This document shows positions 57,559 to 64,000 of a stretch of 64,000 bases of DNA, in pieces. Both the position numbers and the translations under genes were made by a program. The stretch comes from a virus. Taxonomy: Duplodnaviria > Caudoviricetes. The notes under the pieces were generated by a model. That model made no database searches, had not been told where the DNA came from, and worked only from the letters and a program-made list of their open reading frames with translations. The stretch is from IMG/VR virus record IMGVR_UViG_2773858002_000001, positions 27,802 to 91,801 of that record. The stretch is one strand, 5' to 3'. Positions within the stretch are counted from its first letter, which is position 1. Every line of letters begins with the position of its first letter.

Positions 57559-58460
57559 CAGCTCTTCTTCGCCGCCGCCTGTTTCTTCGCCTCCTTCGCC
57601 TCAGCGTCGTTGGCGAGCTTGTCGTAGATTTTCGCGTGGGCAGCCTTAGCGATCTCGGCCTGCTTGTCCTTGGGCAATGCGTTGAAAGTCTCGCAGATCA
57701 CCGCAAGCGCGACGTTGCGCAGCTTTGCCCCGGCAATGCCCATGGCAGCTTTCATGGCATTGTCGTAGCTGGCGACCTCATGACCGATCAACGCGGTAAC
57801 GTCATCACCTGCGATCTTCATGGCCTTCTTCATGGCCGTCGTATATGCGGAGTGCTCATCCGGCAGCAGAAGCAGGTTCACAGAGATCGGACGCTCGACG
57901 TCCTGGGCTGTCATCTTGATGCCGTCTGACGGGTTGAAATCCGGCACCTGCAGAAGCTTCAGGACCGATGTTTGTTCATCCTCACCGATACCGGTCATCG
58001 CCCGGATTTCCTGGGAGCTGTAATCGTTGTGTAGATCAACAAGCAGCCGCGCCAATTTGATGGGAATATTCTGTCCGCGCAGATTGTTCATCGAAAGCGT
58101 GCGAACCTTCGCCCGCTTGTCGTCAAACGGAACGACGATGATCGGGATCACCTTCTTACCGGCGACCTTCGAAGCTCGCCAACGGTGCTCGCCGTCAACG
58201 ATCAGGAACTTGCCCTCCTGTTCGGGATTGAGGCGGCAGAGGATGGGCTGGTTCATGCCCTCTTCCTTCACCTGTTGGACAATAGCCTCGAAGAACTCGG
58301 CCTCCATGTCGTTCGGGTTGTACTCGTTCGGCTCGACGTCATCGATTGGAACGACACGAAAGTCGATGCTCTCGTCCATGGCCTCCGGGCTAGCGTCGGC
58401 CTGTGCAATTAATTGCGCATTCGTCTCAGATTTCTTCGGCTTCTTCAGGTTCAGTGCCAT
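57558..58460 (-). CDS. ParB/Srx-like N-terminal domain protein
   Basis: PNEYNPN, G..QPI, IVDGEHRWRA, MNNLRG. Confidence 0.88.
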   Translation of the reverse strand: MALNLKKPKKSETNAQLIAQADASPEAMDESIDFRVVPIDDVEPNEYNPNDMEAEFFEAIVQQVKEEGMNQPILCRLNPEQEGKFLIVDGEHRWRASKVAGKKVIPIIVVPFDDKRAKVRTLSMNNLRGQNIPIKLARLLVDLHNDYSSQEIRAMTGIGEDEQTSVLKLLQVPDFNPSDGIKMTAQDVERPISVNLLLLPDEHSAYTTAMKKAMKIAGDDVTALIGHEVASYDNAMKAAMGIAGAKLRNVALAVICETFNALPKDKQAEIAKAAHAKIYDKLANDAEAKEAKKQAAAKKS

Positions 58461-59313
58461 CATCGCCCTCCGTGGTGCGTAGCATTTCAGGTGTCATGCG
58501 CTTGGCGTCGAGCTGGTCGGACAGCCGGTAGCGCGAGGGATCAATCTGTATCGTAGAGCCGACAGAAAGCGACGACATGCGAGCTTTAAGCCAACGTTCA
58601 CGCCAGTAGTCGATTTGATCGGCCAGGGTGAACGTGGCGGTCTTGCCGTAAGCGTCGGTCTCGCCCCGAAGGAACGGGACCGCTTTCTTCCGCAGTTCCA
58701 TACCATAAAAGCCGTGATCGGTTTCATCAACATCAATCAGCTGTACGCCGCGCTGATGAAGTCGGTTGTACTGACTGCCTTTGCCGTGGAGTGTGCGGAT
58801 GCCGAAGAACAGGTACTGATAGCTGTAACGCAGCTCCAAAAGGCGAATGACGTCTCGGCTCGTAGCGGCCAGAGCAAGGAGCTTTCCGCCCGTCATCTGA
58901 CCGAACTCGAACACGGGAAGGCACCGCCGCATCATCACGACCCTGTGCTGGTTCGCTAGGCGCAGGTGCTCGTGCTCTTTGTGCCACCCCAAATGGTCTA
59001 TCAGCTGCGTCCAGTGGTTCGGTGGGTCCGACAGACCCACGACACCTAAGAAGCCGCCAGACACACGGTCTCGCACGAGCAAGGCAAGTGACCGGCCTGC
59101 CCCGGCAAAGTGCGGTGACTGCGGCTCCGACGAGAGCACCACACGCCAGTAATCAAAGAGGTCACGAGCCAGCCCTTTGTCCACTACGACGACCTCCGGA
59201 TCGAACGTCGCAAGGTCTACTGGAACGCACATGCGAAGAGCCTGGTGTTCGACGTCACAAAGCCTTCGCAACCACTTGTTCTGTGTCTTGATCTTGTCGA
59301 TTGGTGCCGGCAT
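58426..59313 (-). CDS. DUF4338/DruA-like GNAT-fold protein
   Basis: GR.L..LVRD...G.FLG...L, LGW, GGKLLAL...S, HGKGSQYNRL; TGATG coupling. Confidence 0.7.
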   Translation of the reverse strand: MPAPIDKIKTQNKWLRRLCDVEHQALRMCVPVDLATFDPEVVVVDKGLARDLFDYWRVVLSSEPQSPHFAGAGRSLALLVRDRVSGGFLGVVGLSDPPNHWTQLIDHLGWHKEHEHLRLANQHRVVMMRRCLPVFEFGQMTGGKLLALAATSRDVIRLLELRYSYQYLFFGIRTLHGKGSQYNRLHQRGVQLIDVDETDHGFYGMELRKKAVPFLRGETDAYGKTATFTLADQIDYWRERWLKARMSSLSVGSTIQIDPSRYRLSDQLDAKRMTPEMLRTTEGDDGTEPEEAEEI

Positions 59314-60365
59314 CAGTCCCTCCGAAGCAGGATGAGGCCCGCCCTTCGCGTGTCCGATCCGTGCCACGGGAACGACCACTCCTTGATCGTCGGACCGACC
59401 TTGGCGAACACCTCTTCTTTCCCTTCCTCCCAACTCACAGCGCCATCACCAACAAAGCTGAAAACGTAATGCCCGCTCGGGATATGGGCCACCGTGTCGA
59501 GGATCAACGAGCGCCACAGGTCTCCTGGCATGTCGCCTTCATCGAGTGCTTGCTGCTCATTGAAGAGTAGGGTGTCGAGCACACGGTTCGACTGCATGAA
59601 AGTCGCGTTGCCGGCAGTCGGCGGGTTCAGGCCGACGAAGCTCGGGCGGTCGAAGTCGATCTGCTTGATGTTCTCCCGGCAGTCTCCGACCATCACCTTG
59701 GGGACGCGCTCCATCTTGGCGGATTGGAGAGCGTGGATCAGGTGATCGACATCCTGCGCCACCTTGAGCAGCGCCGGCAGCGGCTCCAGGAGTATCTTCG
59801 CCACGTTCTCCCACTGTTTGCCCTGCAGGGACAGCTGCTGAAGGTCTTGGGTGGGAAGCTTCAGGAAGTACATGTAGTTCTTGTTCAGAAGCACCCAGCG
59901 CACGGCCATGAAGCGGTAAAACGCCGCCTGCCCCGGCACCAGATCACCGCGTTCCGAGGCGTAGTACAACGCGTCAAAGATAGCCGCCGCTATCGGGTGT
60001 AGGTGGTCGGGGATCAGCTCACCAGCCGGGGTCTTGCCTTCGGGGACCAGCTCTTCTGGGGTCTTCTCCTGCGCGAGCCGAAGCAGTCCTTCGATCACCC
60101 AGCGCCGCGACCGCACTTCGCCAAAGATCGCCTGCGCCGACACGTAGGACCGGAGCGCCAGGTCGTTGGCCGAGACGGACATGCCGTAGAAGCCGAACGC
60201 CGCCGACCCGGCACAGCTTCCGCAGGTCATGTCGTGGTAGCTCCACTTGTGCCACTCCGACATCGGAACGACGGACTGAGCCGCATCAAACAGAAAAGGG
60301 ATGAAGCGCCTCATCCCTCCGAGAAAGGGCAGAAGCCCCTTCGAAATAACATCGAAGCTGTTCAT
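59313..60365 (-). CDS. Divergent D12/Dam-class methyltransferase-like protein
   Basis: PFLGGMRR, HDMTCGS, ANDL, GDC, and NPPT in place of DPPY; ATGA coupling. Confidence 0.6.
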   Translation of the reverse strand: MNSFDVISKGLLPFLGGMRRFIPFLFDAAQSVVPMSEWHKWSYHDMTCGSCAGSAAFGFYGMSVSANDLALRSYVSAQAIFGEVRSRRWVIEGLLRLAQEKTPEELVPEGKTPAGELIPDHLHPIAAAIFDALYYASERGDLVPGQAAFYRFMAVRWVLLNKNYMYFLKLPTQDLQQLSLQGKQWENVAKILLEPLPALLKVAQDVDHLIHALQSAKMERVPKVMVGDCRENIKQIDFDRPSFVGLNPPTAGNATFMQSNRVLDTLLFNEQQALDEGDMPGDLWRSLILDTVAHIPSGHYVFSFVGDGAVSWEEGKEEVFAKVGPTIKEWSFPWHGSDTRRAGLILLRRD

Positions 60366-61300
60366 CTCTTCACCGTGTAGAAAGCAATCTTTTGGGCAAC
60401 GAGACGATCCTTCCACTCCCGGATCGTCTTGGTGTCAGCAGTGCCGTCGTTCTCCAGAGCAAGCCTCCCGAAAAGGTGAGCCATCTCCTGGTAGCCAAGC
60501 ATGTTGGCGTGCTTGACAGGAGCGTTCCGGTCAAATCTCTGCGTGTACGCGGTCCAGTGCATGTCCGTCAGCTGACACGCCATGTTGAGTGAAATTAATT
60601 GCGCATCGTGTCGAACACCGATGCAGCCGAGGTCGGGCACCGCATGCTGCAACGCAGTCCAGTTCTCCAACAACCAGTCGATACTGGTCTTGTCATATGT
60701 CCTAAACTTCAGGTCTGTGTTCTGGCGATACCAAGTCTTCACCAGCGCCTTGTATTCATCGGCTTGAGCCTGATGGTAGACCTCGATCTCGCACAGGCGT
60801 TTCGCCTTGTTCACGTTCCCTCGCATCTGCCGGTTTCTCTTCCCTGGAAACGTCTGAACGTCCTCGGTCCGCATCACGTACTCTTCGTGCTGCTTCGAAA
60901 CCGAATAACCGCCCTTCTTGATGTGCAAGGCTATAGGTTCGGGGACGAGGGCGAGTTCACGCCCCTTTTCAAGACGGTGAACAACGGTCTGGTAGTAGTC
61001 TGTTGCAGACCCTGTGGGGATCACCCGGTCAACGTTGTCGTCTGCGAGAATGACGCCACCGCTCCCCTCGACCACCTGAAGCTTACCCAACGCGATCTTC
61101 GGCAGAGCGTTCAGAGGGGAAAACGCGAAAGCAGGTGCCCCGCAGGACACCATGGCTTCACGCATTGCTGGTAGCGCTTCTATGTAAATTTGGAGCGGGC
61201 GGCTCTCTTCGATGAGGCTACCTCTCCGGGAAGGAGAGGACCGGACCTTACCGGCACCCGCGTTGTTCTTTCGTTCTGCCACAGCTCGACCCTTCGTCAA
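60362..61300 (-). CDS. DUF2156/MprF-C-like aminoacyl-tRNA-dependent GNAT transferase
   Basis: EYVMRTEDVQTFPGKRNRQMRGNVNK and C-terminal N.G.AD...IREWK pattern; no TM domain. Confidence 0.6.
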   Translation of the reverse strand: MTKGRAVAERKNNAGAGKVRSSPSRRGSLIEESRPLQIYIEALPAMREAMVSCGAPAFAFSPLNALPKIALGKLQVVEGSGGVILADDNVDRVIPTGSATDYYQTVVHRLEKGRELALVPEPIALHIKKGGYSVSKQHEEYVMRTEDVQTFPGKRNRQMRGNVNKAKRLCEIEVYHQAQADEYKALVKTWYRQNTDLKFRTYDKTSIDWLLENWTALQHAVPDLGCIGVRHDAQLISLNMACQLTDMHWTAYTQRFDRNAPVKHANMLGYQEMAHLFGRLALENDGTADTKTIREWKDRLVAQKIAFYTVKR

Positions 61301-61797
61301 ACCCCGAGATCGCCTTGCGACTTCATGGTGGACGCAAACTCAGGCCAGACGACTTCCGCGATGACCTTTGGTTCGTACTCACGAGCATCGACCAGGCTGC
61401 CATCCCGCATGATGTGTGTGGTCTTGACGTCCGGTCTCTCCCGGTGGAGCCACGCGGTCAGCTTGCCGGCACGGTGACACTCACAAGGCTTTCCTTCAGA
61501 GCACATCATCGCAACCCGGTGCCCTTCCTCGGTAAATTGGAGGATCGTATCCATCTTGCTGACAAAGAGTCTGGACGTGACCTGCACGTTTCCCAAGCCG
61601 CCAAGCACGTTGCCTCCGAACCGATAATCAACTCCGTTCTGCCTCACGGCTCGGATCAGATTGTCTCTTTGAAAATGCGCGAAGCGCGAATGGGGCCTCG
61701 AACGAACATCTACAAGCATCGAAATCTCGTGCTGCTTCAGCAGTCCGAGAAAGGTCTCAAAGGAATGGTTCGAGTGACCGATTGTCCAGACTTCCAC
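61297..61797 (-). CDS. DUF488 family protein
   Basis: TIGHSNHS, LVDVRSRP.S, LGG, MCSE..P..CHR. Confidence 0.9.
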   Translation of the reverse strand: MEVWTIGHSNHSFETFLGLLKQHEISMLVDVRSRPHSRFAHFQRDNLIRAVRQNGVDYRFGGNVLGGLGNVQVTSRLFVSKMDTILQFTEEGHRVAMMCSEGKPCECHRAGKLTAWLHRERPDVKTTHIMRDGSLVDAREYEPKVIAEVVWPEFASTMKSQGDLGV

Positions 61798-61867
61798 TGC
61801 ATTCTCCTTATTTCGGTGGTCCGCCCTAGTCTAACGAAGAAGCGTGGCCTAACACACAGAAATCGTT

Positions 61868-62317
61868 CTATTTTTCGAGGATAGCAGGTTGCGGCCCTCG
61901 GGCTTGATCCTGATACTTTCCGCCGTACACAGCCTCGGCTGGTCGGTCGAGAACATGGAAGATGATCTGGGCGATGGCTGTCCCATCTTCGACCACGATC
62001 CTCTCTTTGCCGTGATTTGTAAGCTCCAGGGTCAGATACCCCCTCCAGCCCGGTTCGATTACCGTGTTCTGGGCTGCCAGTCCGAGCCGTGCCCACGTGC
62101 TCTTATCGTGCACAATCCCCAGCAGGTCGTGCGGCATTGAGAAATGCTCAAGCGTGGAGGCGAGAGCGAACGCTCCGGGTTCCAGAACGACTTTTTGATC
62201 CACCCGCACATCGTAGCCAGCAGGACCGAGGCCGTAGGTCAGGCCGTTGTATTTGGTCCGCTCCGAAAAGGGGTAGAAGATGCCACGCTCACGAATGCTG
62301 ACGCCGCTGAGGATCAT
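61868..62317 (-). CDS. dcd: dCTP deaminase
   Basis: YGL..AGYDVR, DKSTWARLGL, TVIEPGWRGYLTLE, Y.GKYQ.Q. Confidence 0.9.
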   Translation of the reverse strand: MILSGVSIRERGIFYPFSERTKYNGLTYGLGPAGYDVRVDQKVVLEPGAFALASTLEHFSMPHDLLGIVHDKSTWARLGLAAQNTVIEPGWRGYLTLELTNHGKERIVVEDGTAIAQIIFHVLDRPAEAVYGGKYQDQARGPQPAILEK

Positions 62318-62661
62318 GTGTAGCTCCTGACGTCGAGTTCCCGGTGCTGGATTTCTACGACATGCCCCAGCCGGCGCAGCTTCACAGCAAGCATCTCGGC
62401 CATAGCCACGGACCTATGCCGTCCGCCGAAGCATCCGAAGGCAACCGAACCGCCCTCCACAGCACCAGCAAGCGCAAAGTCCTGCAGCCTGTCGAATGAG
62501 AAGTCTGTTTTCACATACCGCTGCACCTTCCCGTCGAGACCCGTCAGTCTCTTGAGCTCGGGAACGTTGTGTGGGTTTTTCATCGAGCGACAATCAACGA
62601 TCAGCGCTGCGTCGTGTGGCTGACCGTACTTGAAGCCGAAAGAAATTAATTTCACAGTCAT
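62314..62661 (-). CDS. Stand-alone RapZ C-terminal domain protein
   Basis: SFGFKYG.P, D.R...NP, LTGLD..V, GC.GGRHRSV..AE, HREL. Confidence 0.85.
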   Translation of the reverse strand: MTVKLISFGFKYGQPHDAALIVDCRSMKNPHNVPELKRLTGLDGKVQRYVKTDFSFDRLQDFALAGAVEGGSVAFGCFGGRHRSVAMAEMLAVKLRRLGHVVEIQHRELDVRSYT

Positions 62662-62665
62662 GCGA

Positions 62666-63190
62666 TTACCATTCCCAATGTGGCAGTTCTTCGATCACAG
62701 GGGCGTCCCGGTCGAACATGATCCAGTCACAACCGAAGCTGACGGCTAGCTTGATAGCCTCTTCCAGCTCAGTAGGAACCTCGTTCGGATGGAGAGGATC
62801 GTCCATTGTCGTCGTGTGGACCCACCAGCCGTATTTGCCCTTTTCAAACACCGTGACACCGTAGATTGTGTCCTCGCTGAGCCTCTTGGCGGTCTCTGAG
62901 GTGACATGCGAAGTGCTGATGGCCAACATCTTCTCGGTCTGCGAATGAAAGACCTGTGTCGTCGCATCGAAGCCGTGCTTCTGAAGAACCTGAATTGCCA
63001 TCTTCACTTCTGAAGTCGGATCAAGATGCTTCAGAGCCTCCAGCCAAGCCGTGGCCTTCTGAACCACGTCCTGTTCCCATTCGGTCGGGGGCTCATCAAT
63101 CAACGTGTTCTCGTCTGCCGTCTCAATGAACGTTTGCGCCATACCAACGACATGCCTCAGCTCATTGAATGTCGGTTCGGTGACGATCAC
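62666..63190 (-). CDS. DUF5983-like protein
   Basis: ISTSHV, YGWWV, GCDWIMFDRDA....LP.W.W; GTG start with AAGGAGG RBS. Confidence 0.65.
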   Translation of the reverse strand: MIVTEPTFNELRHVVGMAQTFIETADENTLIDEPPTEWEQDVVQKATAWLEALKHLDPTSEVKMAIQVLQKHGFDATTQVFHSQTEKMLAISTSHVTSETAKRLSEDTIYGVTVFEKGKYGWWVHTTTMDDPLHPNEVPTELEEAIKLAVSFGCDWIMFDRDAPVIEELPHWEW

Positions 63191-63207
63191 GGTGCCCTCC
63201 TTGGCAA

Positions 63208-63253
63208 TGCAATTAATTTCACTCACTCTAACAGATGATCGCCGGCTAGCAAG
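63208..63253 (-). promoter_or_regulatory. Sigma70-like promoter with palindrome over the start site
   Basis: CTTGCT(63253-63248)-N17-TAGAGT(63230-63225); site at 63208-63221, 3 nt downstream of the -10. Confidence 0.72.
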
Positions 63254-63254
63254 G

Positions 63255-63557
63255 TCATGCAAGTGTGATTGTGAGAATACGAGCTGCCGCAAGTTTTGAT
63301 CGACGCTCGGCAGAAAATGCATCTCGGTTCTCGACCCGTAGGCTTCCTGGGATCAACCCTTTCTGTATGGCCTCCAACTCGTAGCCAAGGAACCCGAGCA
63401 AGGTTTCCATGACACCGATGTCTCCCGAAGTCTCGCCGCTTTCGATCTTCCTGAGAGTGGACCGGTTCACGCCGGTTTGGGATGAAAGCGTCCGCTGCGA
63501 GATGTTCTGTTCCTCGCGCAAAGCCTTAATTAGCTCCCCCCAGAAATTGCCGTCCAT
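63255..63557 (-). CDS. XRE-family HTH transcriptional regulator
   Basis: IKALREEQNISQRTLS..TGVNRSTLRKIESG. Confidence 0.9.
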   Translation of the reverse strand: MDGNFWGELIKALREEQNISQRTLSSQTGVNRSTLRKIESGETSGDIGVMETLLGFLGYELEAIQKGLIPGSLRVENRDAFSAERRSKLAAARILTITLA

Positions 63558-63574
63558 GTACCGCCTCGCACTGG

Positions 63575-64000
63575 TTAGGCGACAGCATGTTCATACACCA
63601 CGGAAACGACGTTGGCCCTGAGCTTCCTCAATACATCACGGGCCACCTTATTGTCTGGGTGGACCGGCACATACACTGTAGAGACGCCCGTAGTCCGTGC
63701 CCTGTCGTGCAGGGTTTTGAACATTTCCGTGAACGCATGCTGCTGTCTGCTTGATGGTTCGACGTAACCGAGGGTGACTTCAAAAGCGTCCTTGTCGGCG
63801 TGATGCTCCCAGGTCAGTACGCCCACGACATCGCCATCCACACTGACCGCGTAGATGACCTCCGAGTTCGCACTGACGGGGCATGTGCCGACGAGATCAG
63901 GGGTGTACCCTTCCTGAACGAGCTCGTTCCAGCCTTCTGCAATGAGTGCAAAGGCTTTGGTGCTCGCCGCTCGGCGGCTGTATCCGATCTGAACGCCCAT
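63575..64000 (-). CDS. GNAT acetyltransferase (start at window edge)
   Basis: DGDVVGVL, YVEPSSRQQH, VHPDNKVA..L.KL. Confidence 0.8.
   Translation of the reverse strand: MGVQIGYSRRAASTKAFALIAEGWNELVQEGYTPDLVGTCPVSANSEVIYAVSVDGDVVGVLTWEHHADKDAFEVTLGYVEPSSRQQHAFTEMFKTLHDRARTTGVSTVYVPVHPDNKVARDVLRKLRANVVSVVYEHAVA

Larger units (their letters stand above)
1043..63221. repeat. Dispersed 14-bp palindrome family TG(C/A)AATTAATT(G/T)CA, 30 copies
   Basis: Copies start at 1043, 1066 (variant TGCAGTTAATTGCA), 4768, 6618, 7573, 9764, 11712, 12606, 13365, 14650, 16655, 20564, 24697, 28669, 33268, 34264, 34540, 36514, 38948, 41846, 42956, 45412, 49325, 51205, 53043, 54384, 58404, 60590, 62641, 63208. A few differ at a terminal base. 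Confidence 0.95.
1..64000 (-). mobile_element. Segment of a tailed dsDNA bacteriophage genome (siphovirus-like, probable alphaproteobacterial host)
   Basis: Terminase, portal, capsid, tail tube, tape measure, GTA-like tail tip, lysis and replication genes, all co-oriented with overlapping start/stop codons. No host housekeeping context or integrase in the window. Confidence 0.97.

Noticed and set aside
57558-58460. ParABS plasmid-prophage partition system
   Set aside because: No ParA in the window, and the ParB is of the terminase-adjacent NPN/DGEHR type; kept only as a lesser candidate binder.
1043-63221. Palindrome as CRISPR repeat, REP element or IS end
   Set aside because: Only 14 bp, dispersed at kb distances, no spacer periodicity, no transposase or cas operon.
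1-64000. tRNA, rRNA, integrase or att sites
   Set aside because: None recognised; intergenic gaps are short. Lifestyle cannot be determined from this window.

Overview
The whole window is part of a GC-rich tailed dsDNA phage genome, probably a siphovirus of Alphaproteobacteria (GTA-like tail tip, CTTGNN-N17-TAGNNT promoters). Every credible gene is on the minus strand. In transcription order (64 kb to 1): GNAT + XRE pair; accessory genes (DUF5983-like, RapZ-CTD, dCTP deaminase); a coupled DUF488 / DUF2156-like / MTase-like / DUF4338-like / ParB / terminase operon; a truncated PPDK, a CsrA-like protein and two CX5R phosphatases; family A DNA polymerase; head genes (portal, MuF with an embedded Acb1-like 2H phosphodiesterase, protease, capsid); tail genes (tube, frameshifted chaperone, tape measure, GTA-like tip, fibres); lysis cassette; replication and recombination genes; and a histone-like/HTH gene running off the left edge. 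The most striking non-gene signal is a 14-bp palindrome, TG(C/A)AATTAATT(G/T)CA, found by eye at 30 positions. It sits exactly 7 nt upstream of the -35 box in six sigma70-like promoters, is doubled in front of the histone-like gene, is written into eight CDSs, and is never more than about 4.6 kb from the next copy. Other leads: a candidate DNA-hypermodification operon next to the terminase, a PPDK lacking its pyruvate domain flanked by phosphatases, and a possibly virion-borne Acb1 domain. No integrase, tRNA, rRNA or CRISPR array was seen. All protein assignments come from recalled motifs, not database searches.
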